Shown: positions 34,249-44,654 of the stretch, one piece after another
Numbering within the stretch: position 1 is the first letter of the stretch
Layout: each line of letters starts with the position of its first letter
DNA from: a virus
Taxonomy: Duplodnaviria; Caudoviricetes
IMG/VR virus record: IMGVR_UViG_3300046167_000632
Coordinates: 1-62,030 of that record
Direction: 5' to 3' (one strand)
Length of the DNA: 62,030 nucleotides
The notes under the pieces: generated by a model
Told to the model about the DNA's origin: nothing
What the model saw: the letters and a program-made list of their open reading frames with translations, nothing else
Databases searched by the model: none
Made by a program: the position numbers and the translations under genes

Positions 34249-35967
34249 TTAACCATCACAAGCTAAACAATCTTCACTCATAGCTTGCTGAGCTATATCG
34301 CCGCGTAAAACAGATTCTGTTCTAGTATAGTACAAGGTTTTAACACCTTTTTTCCAAGCATCAAAATGAACTTTGTTTAACCATTTAGGAGTAGCCTCAG
34401 ATGGAAAAGCTAAGTTTAAACTAACTGACTGATCTACATACTGTTGCCTAAGACCAGCTTGATTAACTAACTCTAGTTGATTAATCTCTTTAAAAGTTTT
34501 AAAAACTTCTTTAACTGGAATGCTGTGACCCATAGTAACATTATCCAGAGCATCGATATCCTGTATGCTACCTCCATCAGCCAATATTTTACTCCACGTT
34601 TCATTTGTATTTAGTTTGTGTTTCTTTAATAATTTAACTAACGTCGGGTTCTTCCTAATAAAAGTCCCTTTTGAACTTTGCTCCGTAAAAACATTCGCAG
34701 CCCACGGCTCAATACCAGGAGACACGTTGCCGCTAAGCTTGCTATTAGAAACGGTAGGAGCAATAGCACGCAAATGAGTATTACGCATACCGGTACCAAC
34801 ACACCATAAAGGCTCTCCGTAAATTTCTGCCAGATCTCTCGAGGCTCTTTCACTTTCGATCTTAATTTGCGAAAATATTTTCCTAGTTTCAAACTGTGCA
34901 AGTAAGCCTTCAAAAGGTATACCTCTTTCTTGGAGATATGTATGCCATCCAAGGACTCCCAAGCCCAAAGCACGCCCTTTTGTTGCTGATCTAACACTAT
35001 TCTCGAAACCTCTAAGTCCTTTTGCTCTTTGTATAAATTCTTCCATAACACCATCAAGAAAGTAAATGGCGTCATATATAAGGTTAGTATCTTTCCATTC
35101 GTCATATTTTGCTAAATTTAATGATGATAAACAACATACAAAACTGTGATTCTCATCTGTTGTTAATGTTATTTCTGAACATATGTTAGTCATATGAACT
35201 TTTAGTCCGTTATCTTTATATGCTGCTGGATTTGCTTTGTTAACATTTCCTTTAAACATAATATACGGCTCTCCAGTTGCTTTTCGTTTTCTAAGTAATT
35301 TACTCCATCTAGATCTCGCTTCCTTATCTCCTTGTTCAAGCTTACGCATAAACTTATCACCAATAACTGCGCACTGATGTAGGTTAAGCGATTGTCTGTT
35401 AACATCTCCTTTAGGTTCCCTGATTTCAAGCCACTCCTCGAAGTCATCATGTTCAATGTTGATATTAACTGAGGCAGCTCCACGACGGACACTCCCTTGA
35501 TTAGTTGCAAGAATTGTTGAGTCATATATCTTGCAGAAAGGTACGACTCCGTCTGATGTTCCATTACCTGTAATTCTAGCGCCGGCGGGTCTGATTTGAT
35601 TTATACCGATACCTACTCCACCGCCATGCTTAGCGAGTAGCATCATCTCTAGATTTTTCTGTCCTATGTCTTGTATAGAGTCAGCAACGTCGATACCAAA
35701 GCAACTAATAGGAAGACCGCGATCTGTACCAGTGTTGGAAAGGACAGGAGAAGCAAGACAAAGCCAACCATTCCAAATATAATTAAAAAAGGTTTCAGCC
35801 ATCTCCGGCTTATAAAGTCTACGAGCAACTGTTTTAGCGACTCTTTGGTATGCCTCTCTAGGCGTTTCTCCGTCAAGTAAATATCCCCCGGATATTGTCT
35901 TTTTGTATACGTCCGTATTACCCCACGCAGGGTAATCTTCTCCTTTTTTCCATTCATTATTCCACAT
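34249..35967 (-). CDS. nrdA: ribonucleotide reductase class I alpha subunit
   Basis: PISCF, TNICSEI, APTVSNS motifs and C-terminal CLACDG; probable start MWNNEW at 35967. Confidence 0.95.
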   Translation of the reverse strand: MWNNEWKKGEDYPAWGNTDVYKKTISGGYLLDGETPREAYQRVAKTVARRLYKPEMAETFFNYIWNGWLCLASPVLSNTGTDRGLPISCFGIDVADSIQDIGQKNLEMMLLAKHGGGVGIGINQIRPAGARITGNGTSDGVVPFCKIYDSTILATNQGSVRRGAASVNINIEHDDFEEWLEIREPKGDVNRQSLNLHQCAVIGDKFMRKLEQGDKEARSRWSKLLRKRKATGEPYIMFKGNVNKANPAAYKDNGLKVHMTNICSEITLTTDENHSFVCCLSSLNLAKYDEWKDTNLIYDAIYFLDGVMEEFIQRAKGLRGFENSVRSATKGRALGLGVLGWHTYLQERGIPFEGLLAQFETRKIFSQIKIESERASRDLAEIYGEPLWCVGTGMRNTHLRAIAPTVSNSKLSGNVSPGIEPWAANVFTEQSSKGTFIRKNPTLVKLLKKHKLNTNETWSKILADGGSIQDIDALDNVTMGHSIPVKEVFKTFKEINQLELVNQAGLRQQYVDQSVSLNLAFPSEATPKWLNKVHFDAWKKGVKTLYYTRTESVLRGDIAQQAMSEDCLACDG

Positions 35968-36233
35968 TATGTAATTAAGTGTATTAACCAGGCTATTAAC
36001 CCATTTATATTTAAAGCTACTAAGTTCCATTGTTTCCTAGAGCTTGTCTGTATTACTACTAATATAAATCCTACTATATAAAGTTTTGGATCTATAGTCC
36101 ATTGAGCAGCGATTAAAAAACCACTGCCCATATACCCTGCCCTAGTTGCTAATCTCTTCCAAGGAGTTAACCGCTTTTGCCTCACTAGCTTGTTTAGCAG
36201 CCTGTTCCTTAACTCTTTCGATCGCTTTATCAT
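35967..36233 (-). CDS. small membrane protein (start uncertain)
   Basis: Hydrophobic segments; stop overlaps nrdA start. Confidence 0.5.
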   Translation of the reverse strand: MIKRSKELRNRLLNKLVRQKRLTPWKRLATRAGYMGSGFLIAAQWTIDPKLYIVGFILVVIQTSSRKQWNLVALNINGLIAWLIHLIT

Positions 36234-36372
36234 AATCTGGCATTTGTTTAATTGTTTCTAATACACCTATAGCTATTGTAGCTGTCTGGTTTAATTCACT
36301 TATTAGTTTTTGATTGATCAAGCCTAAGGTCTCAATCTTATTCTTCATCTCAATCAGAGTCTGTTCTTTCAT
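36142..36372 (-). CDS. hypothetical coiled-coil protein
   Basis: 76-aa ORF. Confidence 0.55.
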   Translation of the reverse strand: MKEQTLIEMKNKIETLGLINQKLISELNQTATIAIGVLETIKQMPDYDKAIERVKEQAAKQASEAKAVNSLEEISN

Positions 36373-36410
36373 ATAACTGTTTTATAATTTCATTTTTATT
36401 TAATTCTATT

Positions 36411-37379
36411 TTACCAAATGTCTTCGTAGTCTTCATCTTCTCCAGCTTTTGAATAATCAGTCGGCCTAATAGCGAAAAAATCAGTATGAGTGACGCCCCC
36501 GGTAAGATGGTAAAACCAATCAAGATTAGCTGCTGCTTTCTCGTCATACGCGAAGTAGTTGCCCAAGTCGACATAACCAAGTTCCACAAGTTTTTCATTT
36601 GTTCTCTTTTTTATAAAATGCTTTAGATCATTAGCTGATATACCTTCTATATCGCCCATCTCAAACATCTTCTCAATGTATTTAATCTCTAAGTCAACCA
36701 TTGTCTCTGCTGCCTTTACAACATCCTCTCTACACAAGTTAAGTAACTGATTGTCTTCCTGACACATATGCCTAAATAATTGACAACCCATTTTGCTATG
36801 CAATGATTCGTCTCTTACAGACCATTTCATTTGCTGCCCAATTCCTTTAAGTAGATTACGTAACTGAAAAGAATACAACACTGCAAAGGCAGAATAAAGA
36901 CTAACACCTTCAGCGAAGGCTGAAAATATAGCAAGAGATTTAGCAATACCAGTTGTATTGTTGCCATCGTAAGAAACGAGGTTATCAAAACGATCTGCCG
37001 TAGCAGGTTCGTGTAAAAATGCTTCATAATCTTCTAATTTTAAAGTTTCATTTAAATAACTATAAGCTACTGCGTGTACAGTCTCTTGCGAGCCAAACAT
37101 CATTGCCATTTGCTGGATCTCGTGTTTAGGAAACCATCCAACAACTTTCTGAGTCCAATAGTCTGACACTGCGCATTCCGTCTGAGCAAACCCAAGTAAA
37201 ATGTTTCCGACGAGATGTTTTTCTTTTTCGTTAAGTTTTTCATTCCAATCTTTTATATCGCTTTGCATTGAGATCTCAGTATGTAACCAAAATGCTTGTG
37301 CTTGTTTTAACCAACCCTCAGTGTAGTACTCAGGGTATTCAAATGGCTTGTATGCTATTCTTTCATCAAATAATCCCAT
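36411..37379 (-). CDS. nrdB: ribonucleotide reductase class I beta subunit
   Basis: ETVH and DESLH metal ligands, FAEGVSL, TDFF C-terminal motif. Confidence 0.95.
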   Translation of the reverse strand: MGLFDERIAYKPFEYPEYYTEGWLKQAQAFWLHTEISMQSDIKDWNEKLNEKEKHLVGNILLGFAQTECAVSDYWTQKVVGWFPKHEIQQMAMMFGSQETVHAVAYSYLNETLKLEDYEAFLHEPATADRFDNLVSYDGNNTTGIAKSLAIFSAFAEGVSLYSAFAVLYSFQLRNLLKGIGQQMKWSVRDESLHSKMGCQLFRHMCQEDNQLLNLCREDVVKAAETMVDLEIKYIEKMFEMGDIEGISANDLKHFIKKRTNEKLVELGYVDLGNYFAYDEKAAANLDWFYHLTGGVTHTDFFAIRPTDYSKAGEDEDYEDIW

Positions 37380-37816
37380 TATGTTTTTGTAAATTGTTTT
37401 ATTGTTTCTAATTCATTTTTCCAAGCATCTATATGAGCCAATATTACGGGCTTAGTAGTAGACTTAGATACGTTCTTCATATCGTAAAGCACATTGTCTA
37501 TAAATAATCTTACGCTTTCTATTACTAAGTCCTTGTCCATTATTTAAATACCTTTAGTGATATATCAAAAAATGGTATATAAAGTACGTGTATTGAAAAT
37601 TCTTCCTCTACGTAAGATCTAAATCCAAGCAATACGCCTGGGTAAAAACCTACTTCTATTATCCAAGCTGTTTCTTCTTCGTTTTCTTTCATGTGCATAT
37701 AATATTATATCTTTTATGTAATTGTTCTATATCTATTGATCTTACTTTGCCTTTTACCTCCCAGCTCCATTTAACCCATTTGTCAATCTTTCTCTCTGCA
37801 TACCTTTGTCTAGCTA

Positions 37817-38272
37817 TTATTTTCTTTTCGAAAGGATTAGCTCTATCGTTCTGTCGCATTCTTTTTGATTTTGTGGTTTATATAATGTAACTGTTGGAAA
37901 CTGGTTCATAACTAATCTTTTGAATAACTTCCATCTCATTGGAAAAGACTCGTTAGCTCTACCTTTTGTTTCTATTATAAAATCATCTCCTATGAAATCA
38001 GGTGTGTACTTAATAGGTAATATACGTTTACATCCTCTATTTTTGTATTCACCTTTTCCATTTGATTGTCTTTCATATACTTCATTTTCAAAATGAAAGC
38101 CACTCAGTAGTACAAATGTTTCTCCTTCGTACTTGGCTTTTATCTTAGCTTTTTTTAACGCCATATACATATAACGTTCTAAGCCTGAAGCAAATTTGAT
38201 CCCGTCATAAGTAACTTTCTTACTTACAACAGGACCTCTTTTCTTTTTAAAAGGTCTCTTACCTCTTATCAT
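37817..38272 (-). CDS. T7 endonuclease I-like PD-(D/E)XK nuclease
   Basis: FASGLE...YE...YTPDF...IIETKG. Confidence 0.8.
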   Translation of the reverse strand: MIRGKRPFKKKRGPVVSKKVTYDGIKFASGLERYMYMALKKAKIKAKYEGETFVLLSGFHFENEVYERQSNGKGEYKNRGCKRILPIKYTPDFIGDDFIIETKGRANESFPMRWKLFKRLVMNQFPTVTLYKPQNQKECDRTIELILSKRK

Positions 38273-38618
38273 GATAACCGATTACTTCATAGTTAACGTC
38301 TAAGTCTCCTAAGTTGTCGTAATGTAAACCGCTATTACCGTTTTGTGATATAACCTTCATTCTTTCATCTTCATAAGCATGATGCTTTAACATCAACTCT
38401 TCAACCTCATCTGACAAGCAGCGTTTAGCAGCTTCAATATATAATAATGCATCCATTAACTCTTCTTGAACATCTACTAAAAACCTATTAAGATCTTTCT
38501 CTTGGCCCTCTATCTCTTGCATCATTGTAGCTCCATACTTTTTCTGACCTACCAAACTACGTTCATCCATTTTTCTAAGTACTTTTCGTACTATTTCATC
38601 CTTTGTTTTTATTTTCAT
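38259..38618 (-). CDS. all-alpha NTP pyrophosphohydrolase-like protein
   Basis: 'GQKKYG...QEELMDALLY' acidic helical motif. Confidence 0.55.
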   Translation of the reverse strand: MKIKTKDEIVRKVLRKMDERSLVGQKKYGATMMQEIEGQEKDLNRFLVDVQEELMDALLYIEAAKRCLSDEVEELMLKHHAYEDERMKVISQNGNSGLHYDNLGDLDVNYEVIGYHDKR

Positions 38619-38620
38619 AA

Positions 38621-39370
38621 TTATAAGCTTTCTTGTTTAACAAATGTTCCATTAACCATTTTACCCTGTCTAGACTTTATAACGTTATACGCGCTGTCTA
38701 TACATTTTTCTATGCTATAGCCTCTAAGCTCTGCTAAGTTAGTTAATACAACAACCATATCGCCAATAGCATCTATTACTTCAGGTTCATCGTTCTTTAA
38801 TATAGCCTGAGCAAGCTCACCAGCCTCTTCCATAAGTTTCACAAACTGAGTTCTGGCATCACCTGATTTATATATACCCTTGTCTCTAGCCCATTGACGT
38901 ATATCATCAAACCTGTTTGATTCTGTATTTTGCTCTATAAACTTATTAGCGTATGCTTTATTATATATATAACATCTGTTTACGTTAAACATAGATGTTC
39001 TAGCGTTTTTAACTATCCAGTCAATAGTTTGATTGTCTAAGCTAAATACTCCATTATTGGTTGACCATTTTAAGCCTATATTATCCATAAGTTGTCCTTT
39101 AAGCTTATTTAAAGGCACTGGAAATGTTGATGTTTGTTCTGTTGCGTTTATATTCATTTGATTAAATAGTTTTTTATATGGTTTTATATCTACTTTGTAG
39201 CCATAAGACTTTTGAAGTTCTATTTCCTTGTCAGATATATAATCTATATCATCGCTAGTAAGTAGAACTTCGTATTCGTCTGGTCTGTAACCCTGTTGGA
39301 TAGTTACCCGACTATTAAGATCACGTGTAACACCGATCTTTTTACCAGGTATGTGGTATAAATAATACAT
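38621..39370 (-). CDS. MazG-like NTP pyrophosphohydrolase with GIY-YIG-like N-terminus
   Basis: C-terminal KLMEEAGEL...DAIGD; N-terminal YYLYHIPGKKIGVT..L..R; probable start at 39370. Confidence 0.75.
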   Translation of the reverse strand: MYYLYHIPGKKIGVTRDLNSRVTIQQGYRPDEYEVLLTSDDIDYISDKEIELQKSYGYKVDIKPYKKLFNQMNINATEQTSTFPVPLNKLKGQLMDNIGLKWSTNNGVFSLDNQTIDWIVKNARTSMFNVNRCYIYNKAYANKFIEQNTESNRFDDIRQWARDKGIYKSGDARTQFVKLMEEAGELAQAILKNDEPEVIDAIGDMVVVLTNLAELRGYSIEKCIDSAYNVIKSRQGKMVNGTFVKQESL

Positions 39371-39374
39371 AATT

Positions 39375-40016
39375 TTATAGTTTATTATTATATAGGTGCA
39401 TGTTATGAGCGTGGTGATAATACCAGCCCGTTTCAATAGACAGCCTGTCTGCAACCATTTCCTGCAATGATGCAAATTGATACTGATCATTACAGAAACC
39501 GTACCAGATGTCATTAGAACGCATATAAACTGACATACACAGTCTATTGTTTATGATCGTAAATTGCACAGCATAAGTACATGGCGTGTCATAACCGTAG
39601 TCACTTATTTCTTTAGCATCATATATAGATATAGCTGCTTGTCTAGTGCTTGGATCTCTTCTAAGTATATCAACGACATTATCTAATTGATTTCTACGCT
39701 GCCATTGGTAACCATAATTAGAATTAACCTTACGATCTTCATTTGCCATACGTTCCCATATAGGTGGTATACTACCATATAATTCTCCTAATTTGTCAAT
39801 ACTAGGATCACCAGATAAATACCAAGCCCATTCAGCTGCGGCGTATTTTTTATTCCACTTACGTTCAACATTTGTTATAACTTTATCTGAAGGATTATCT
39901 ATATAAAAACCACAGTTGAATATAGCCCTTGTATCACCAAAGTCAATACCTTTTTGCAGTATTTCATCTATAACACCTTCATATGCTTCATTAGCATTGT
40001 TAAATCTTGTTTTCAT
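39375..40016 (-). CDS. thymidylate-synthase-superfamily enzyme, T4 gp42-like dCMP hydroxymethylase type
   Basis: NSNYG, PCT, MRSNDIWYGFCND (Asp at the dUMP/dCMP specificity position), NMHLY. Confidence 0.75.
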   Translation of the reverse strand: MKTRFNNANEAYEGVIDEILQKGIDFGDTRAIFNCGFYIDNPSDKVITNVERKWNKKYAAAEWAWYLSGDPSIDKLGELYGSIPPIWERMANEDRKVNSNYGYQWQRRNQLDNVVDILRRDPSTRQAAISIYDAKEISDYGYDTPCTYAVQFTIINNRLCMSVYMRSNDIWYGFCNDQYQFASLQEMVADRLSIETGWYYHHAHNMHLYNNKL

Positions 40017-40254
40017 ATTTATTGTAATAATATTTATAGTAGCTGTACATCTTGATCCATATATCTAACTTTTTATAGTTGTTTGGATCTGTACTAGTCT
40101 TACCGTTATTTAGTATCTCTATAGTCCATCTAGACTCTCTTATAGCTACTGGCGATATGTATATTTGGTTTCTTACACACCATCTCATAGCTTCAGCCTC
40201 TTCGTTTGTCGGAGTATAATCACCCATATCCCATGGTGACTTTTTCTTACCCAT
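40000..40254 (-). CDS. hypothetical protein
   Basis: 84-aa ORF coupled to neighbours. Confidence 0.6.
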   Translation of the reverse strand: MGKKKSPWDMGDYTPTNEEAEAMRWCVRNQIYISPVAIRESRWTIEILNNGKTSTDPNNYKKLDIWIKMYSYYKYYYNKYENKI

Positions 40255-41976
40255 TTATTCCCAAGGCATTTTATCAGCTGATACATCTAAAGGTTCATGA
40301 GGTAGAAAACAACCTGATCTTGGTTCCCATTTAAAATGTGCTTCAGCTCCGTTCTCACCGAGGTTTTGAAACTTTATTTTAAGCACCTTAGCTTTAACTG
40401 TTTTGTTCTCATAATCTCTATGTACTAACAAACCGTGATAAGATGCATCGTACCATTCACCACCACCTTTAATGTTATACATTGTAGGCTCTTCAATCTT
40501 ACCATCTTTGTCTTTGTACATTTTAGTTGGATGCGCTACGATAAATACAAGTACATCAAACTTCTTAGCAAATGTTTCTATCTTAGTGAGATACTCCATT
40601 GTATAACGGTTAACATCCTCTGTCTTACAGTCTACGTCTCTAACTTTATTAAACGGATCAATAACTAGGCATTTAATACCTTTACGTTTAACTAGCTCAG
40701 CAGCTTTTTTAAGCACTGACTCTAGGGTATAACGTTCCATATCAATGTGAAAGTAATTACTATTACAATGATCTGCTATTTGATTCCATTTATCTCCACC
40801 GATATCTTCTTTAGTTGGCATACCTTGCCAAGTCTTACGCATTAATTTATGAGCGTGTAGATATGTCGGTACATTCTCTGGAGATGCGAAAGCTGTTTTC
40901 CAACCGTAGTTTGCGTTATAGCCAACAACCATTTGATCCACAAAATCCGACTTCCCTGAAGAAGGTATTCCAGTGACAGTAATAAATTGACCAGTATACG
41001 TAGAAAATATATCGTCAAAGTTCTGTAAACCAATTTGGAAGCCAGGCTTAAAACCATTACGAACAAAGTCAGTGACTTCATCCTCGATATCTCTGAACGT
41101 AGTAACGTTTTCAAGAGGTACGGGCCTCGCGCCAGTGATTCTTTCTGTAAGTTTTTCTTTGCCATATTTTTGTAAGTATTCATTTGCGTCTTTACAGTCT
41201 TCAAATGTTGATAGAAAACAAACCTCAGATCCTAGCCTTCTAATTAACTCTGTCTGCAATGCTTGTCCAGCTTCGTCAGAGTCTACAGCTAATATAATCT
41301 TTTCTTTATCTTCAAAGTAATCAATACAACTATCTAAGTAGTCTAAGTTGTTAGAGTTAAGTGTAGCACCATTTGGAACTGATATAGCGTTTGTGATACC
41401 TGCTTCATGCAGCGCTAACACGTCCATCTCGCCCTCTACTATAACACAATATTCATAGCCTACAATACTATCTATATTATAAAAGACTTTCTCAGCCCCT
41501 TTATATAATTTAAAGTTCTTTCTTCCATCTCGGTATTTAACGTTTGTTAACTCACCGCCCATAAAATAATTGAACTTTATAACATTCTCGGTTTTACCGG
41601 TCTGTGGCATCCACTCAGGACCCTCACTGATTTGTAAATCAATAAGAGTCTGAGCTGATATACCTCTTGCTTCAAACCATCCTATAACCTTATCACTTAC
41701 AAACTCAGGTTTTTCTGGATTTGTTTTGACTTCAGGTTTTATATATACTTTCTCAGCTTTACCTTTACGCTGATAGGTGTGTAATTGAAATGATTTGTTA
41801 CAGTTGTGACAAGTACCGAGACCCCGTTCCCAATCATAAGAAGCACATTTTGCTTTTTGATTTTTGGGTTTCCTATTGTGAGAGCATAAAGGGCATGTAC
41901 CCTGTTTTTTACCCTCTTCTAGGCCATGCTGATTGAAATTTTCAATAGCAAATCCATTGATCTCTGTTGTCTGCAT
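40255..41976 (-). CDS. primase-helicase (T7 gp4/Twinkle-like)
   Basis: N-terminal CPLC...CHNC zinc finger, TOPRIM EGEMD/DSD, GIPSSGKS Walker A, VIDP, VAHP. Confidence 0.92.
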   Translation of the reverse strand: MQTTEINGFAIENFNQHGLEEGKKQGTCPLCSHNRKPKNQKAKCASYDWERGLGTCHNCNKSFQLHTYQRKGKAEKVYIKPEVKTNPEKPEFVSDKVIGWFEARGISAQTLIDLQISEGPEWMPQTGKTENVIKFNYFMGGELTNVKYRDGRKNFKLYKGAEKVFYNIDSIVGYEYCVIVEGEMDVLALHEAGITNAISVPNGATLNSNNLDYLDSCIDYFEDKEKIILAVDSDEAGQALQTELIRRLGSEVCFLSTFEDCKDANEYLQKYGKEKLTERITGARPVPLENVTTFRDIEDEVTDFVRNGFKPGFQIGLQNFDDIFSTYTGQFITVTGIPSSGKSDFVDQMVVGYNANYGWKTAFASPENVPTYLHAHKLMRKTWQGMPTKEDIGGDKWNQIADHCNSNYFHIDMERYTLESVLKKAAELVKRKGIKCLVIDPFNKVRDVDCKTEDVNRYTMEYLTKIETFAKKFDVLVFIVAHPTKMYKDKDGKIEEPTMYNIKGGGEWYDASYHGLLVHRDYENKTVKAKVLKIKFQNLGENGAEAHFKWEPRSGCFLPHEPLDVSADKMPWE

Positions 41977-41993
41977 TTAATTTAATTTAATTG

Positions 41994-42101
41994 TTAATCT
42001 CCATCTCTACAATGAGGACATATGTCGCAGAATTCAAATTCTTCTATGTCCATTCCAGCATGACAAATCTGACACGCTGTCTCTCCGTTATTTCTATACA
42101 T
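41994..42101 (-). CDS. 35-aa zinc-finger peptide (not in ORF track)
   Basis: MYRNNGETACQICHAG...FCDICPHCRDGD*, start overlaps upstream stop. Confidence 0.55.
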   Translation of the reverse strand: MYRNNGETACQICHAGMDIEEFEFCDICPHCRDGD

Positions 42102-42412
42102 TAGAACGGTAAATCATCTTCTTGAGCAGTTAACTGTGGAGCCGCTTGTTGCGGTTGACCATCTCTAGGCGCTGCAGCAACATTGTCACCATTAGTCCAT
42201 ACAACTTTTACATTACCTAAATAAACCTTTGGAGCTTTAGCCTCACGTTCTTCCTTAGACTGTTCTACTACTACAGGTCCTTGGTTACCGTAGTTATCAA
42301 CTTCATCGTTGATTGTTATTGTAATTGGTAAATAGTTACCTTTTTTACCCTTGTAGATCTTGTCTTTAGGTATTTCATTTAAGTTGATGTTTGCTTTAAT
42401 AATACTTGCCAT
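42101..42412 (-). CDS. ssDNA-binding-like protein
   Basis: Short beta-rich protein with Q/P linker and acidic DDLPF tail. Confidence 0.65.
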   Translation of the reverse strand: MASIIKANINLNEIPKDKIYKGKKGNYLPITITINDEVDNYGNQGPVVVEQSKEEREAKAPKVYLGNVKVVWTNGDNVAAAPRDGQPQQAAPQLTAQEDDLPF

Positions 42413-42424
42413 AATTTCCTTTTG

Positions 42425-43165
42425 TTATAAAGTCTTGTTAATAAAAAATTGTTGTGGATCGAAATCCGGTGTTTCGTAGAACAGTTTGTACTGATCTACA
42501 GCTCTTTGTACTTTATCTAAACCGCTTTCATAGAAAGCATCTGAACAGTCGAATATTCCTATTTGATGTGTGTTCTTATCTATAGCTATAAACACTAAGT
42601 CATAGCCGAACAGTCTTCGATAAATGTACGCTTGACTGTCGTAGTTATAACGAAAAGCTGAGCTTCTGAATTTTGATATATCACTTGTTGTTTTAAGATC
42701 AATAACTAATTTCTCATCGTGGTTAACGATATCTGCTTTACCTTTCCACCATAACCCTTCAATCTGTTTAACTCCAGGTTGTTCATACTCGACATTAATA
42801 CCATTGATTAGATCCATACAAACTTTGTTCTGTTTCATTGTATCAATTAGTAATTCTGTCTTGTCTACCTCGTGTTGTAGTAGACACATTTCACCGCCTG
42901 AAATCTCCTTATAAGCCTTTGTATTTCTTGTCGTAGATTCCACTATTTTAAAATTCTTTAGTTTATCTGGCTCTAATATAGCCGTGTGGAAATAACCACC
43001 AACTAAGAAATTAATATTAGTACCTTGACGTTGGTTAAGGGCTAAAGGGTTTTTTAACAATGTAGATATATCAGAATTACTTCTAAACTGTTGACCAAAC
43101 TCTCCATAGTAATGCTCATCTATTTTAAGCTTTTCTAATATATCTTTTCTTGTTAAATCATCCAT
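42425..43165 (-). CDS. RecE/DUF3799-like PD-(D/E)XK exonuclease
   Basis: G..FHTAILEP, KGKAD, IDLKTT, Y..QAYIY. Confidence 0.8.
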   Translation of the reverse strand: MDDLTRKDILEKLKIDEHYYGEFGQQFRSNSDISTLLKNPLALNQRQGTNINFLVGGYFHTAILEPDKLKNFKIVESTTRNTKAYKEISGGEMCLLQHEVDKTELLIDTMKQNKVCMDLINGINVEYEQPGVKQIEGLWWKGKADIVNHDEKLVIDLKTTSDISKFRSSAFRYNYDSQAYIYRRLFGYDLVFIAIDKNTHQIGIFDCSDAFYESGLDKVQRAVDQYKLFYETPDFDPQQFFINKTL

Positions 43166-43166
43166 A

Positions 43167-43718
43167 TTATAAAGTTGTTAATTTAGTTTCTATCTCTTTA
43201 GAGATACTGTATTTAGCTTTTATAGCTGATAACTTACCTCCTTTTTTAATAAACTCCACTGCTTTTGGATAAGCTGGATCTTTTTCTGAGGTTAACGTGT
43301 TTTTAGCTTTCGGTGCTTTACCGTGAGTGTTCGTTGCATCACTGTCCGCAGTGTCGTCAATCAAGAATAGATTACCTAACGCGTATTTTTTTGCGTACGA
43401 GGATGCACTACCAAATTGCTGAGGTACATTCATACCTTTTTGATTTAAGTCTACGCCAACTATAGCAGTAGCGTGTATAGCATTATCACCGTCACTAATT
43501 GTAGCGGTTGACTGCATCATTGGTAATGGATCAACACTGATAATTTCTTCATTGATTCTTACACTAACTCCTAACTCTAACAGAAAGGGTTTTATTGCTT
43601 CTAGGATGTCTTCGGCTGATCTGAAGTTGTACTTGCCGAATGAATTAAACCTACTTTTCTTCGATTTAAATCTTGTCTGGACTGACGCCAGTTTGTCATT
43701 TAAGGTATTTAATTTCAT
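43167..43718 (-). CDS. ERF-family single-strand annealing protein
   Basis: NSFGKYNFRSAEDI and Q.FGSASSYAKKYAL...DD..DSD. Confidence 0.85.
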   Translation of the reverse strand: MKLNTLNDKLASVQTRFKSKKSRFNSFGKYNFRSAEDILEAIKPFLLELGVSVRINEEIISVDPLPMMQSTATISDGDNAIHATAIVGVDLNQKGMNVPQQFGSASSYAKKYALGNLFLIDDTADSDATNTHGKAPKAKNTLTSEKDPAYPKAVEFIKKGGKLSAIKAKYSISKEIETKLTTL

Positions 43719-43781
43719 ATTAGTCTATACATATATAATTACATATTAATTTTAAGTTTTACATAAATTTTTTCACTTAAC

Positions 43782-44561
43782 TTACAGGAAGTCAATCACT
43801 TGCGAGCTATCTACATTGGCTATTAACTTGTCTATTGCAGCCTTTTTTATCTCAGATATTCGCACATAATTACTAACTCCAGTTATATTCAACTTAACAG
43901 CTATTTCTTTAGCTGAGTGCTTGTCACAGTCCATACCGTAACTCAGTCTTACTACTTCATACTCAGCATTGCTTAAGTATTGTTTCATTATACCCATAAG
44001 ATATGCATTCATTAAATCTATATTGTAAGATTCAGATTCATCCGCAACATCATAACTCATTTCAACATCGTCGTTCTTATAAGTATTACTTTTACTTGTA
44101 TGCTTATTATCTAATGAAGCAAACATACTAGTTATAAATATTTTACTTAAGTCTTCGTTGTCGGGATTTTTACGTATCTCGTTTAGTTTATGCTCTGGTA
44201 TTCTCATACCGCCTTTGTTTATATCTATTCTTCTACGTATTGCACCTTTAATTCTCTTACTTAAAAATGATTTTAAAGTTTTTTCAACATCAGGTGATTC
44301 ATCTATAACTAACCAATCTATTTTATTTACAGCCTTGATTAATGCTTCGTTACCTATTTGTATTAAGTCATTAATACTTAGTATTCCAGAGGCTTGATCG
44401 CTGGTTGAAAACTTTCTAGCTAAATTTTCTACTAAAGGCATAAACTTTATTATAAGTTCGTCTTTAGTGTATTCATCCCAGAACTTACCTTCAAGATTAG
44501 CTATAGATGTTTTAACATCTGTTTTATATCTTATATAATTCTGTACATTATATTTCTTCAT
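43782..44561 (-). CDS. sigma70-family RNA polymerase sigma factor
   Basis: Region 2 'LVENLARKF...DLIQIGNEALIKAV', 'MRIP', region 4 'VVRLSYG...SAKEIA...RISEIK.AIDKL'. Confidence 0.85.
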   Translation of the reverse strand: MKKYNVQNYIRYKTDVKTSIANLEGKFWDEYTKDELIIKFMPLVENLARKFSTSDQASGILSINDLIQIGNEALIKAVNKIDWLVIDESPDVEKTLKSFLSKRIKGAIRRRIDINKGGMRIPEHKLNEIRKNPDNEDLSKIFITSMFASLDNKHTSKSNTYKNDDVEMSYDVADESESYNIDLMNAYLMGIMKQYLSNAEYEVVRLSYGMDCDKHSAKEIAVKLNITGVSNYVRISEIKKAAIDKLIANVDSSQVIDFL

Positions 44562-44654
44562 ATTGATCTATTTTTTCAAAAGCTTTAGCCATTAAATTAT
44601 CGTTAGCGTAATGTATATTACCTATCTTAGCCATCCACTCGTTAAAGTCTTGTC

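Noticed and set aside
39375-40016. Annotation as ordinary thyA
   Set aside because: Asp at the specificity position and the NSNYG motif fit the dCMP-specific branch better
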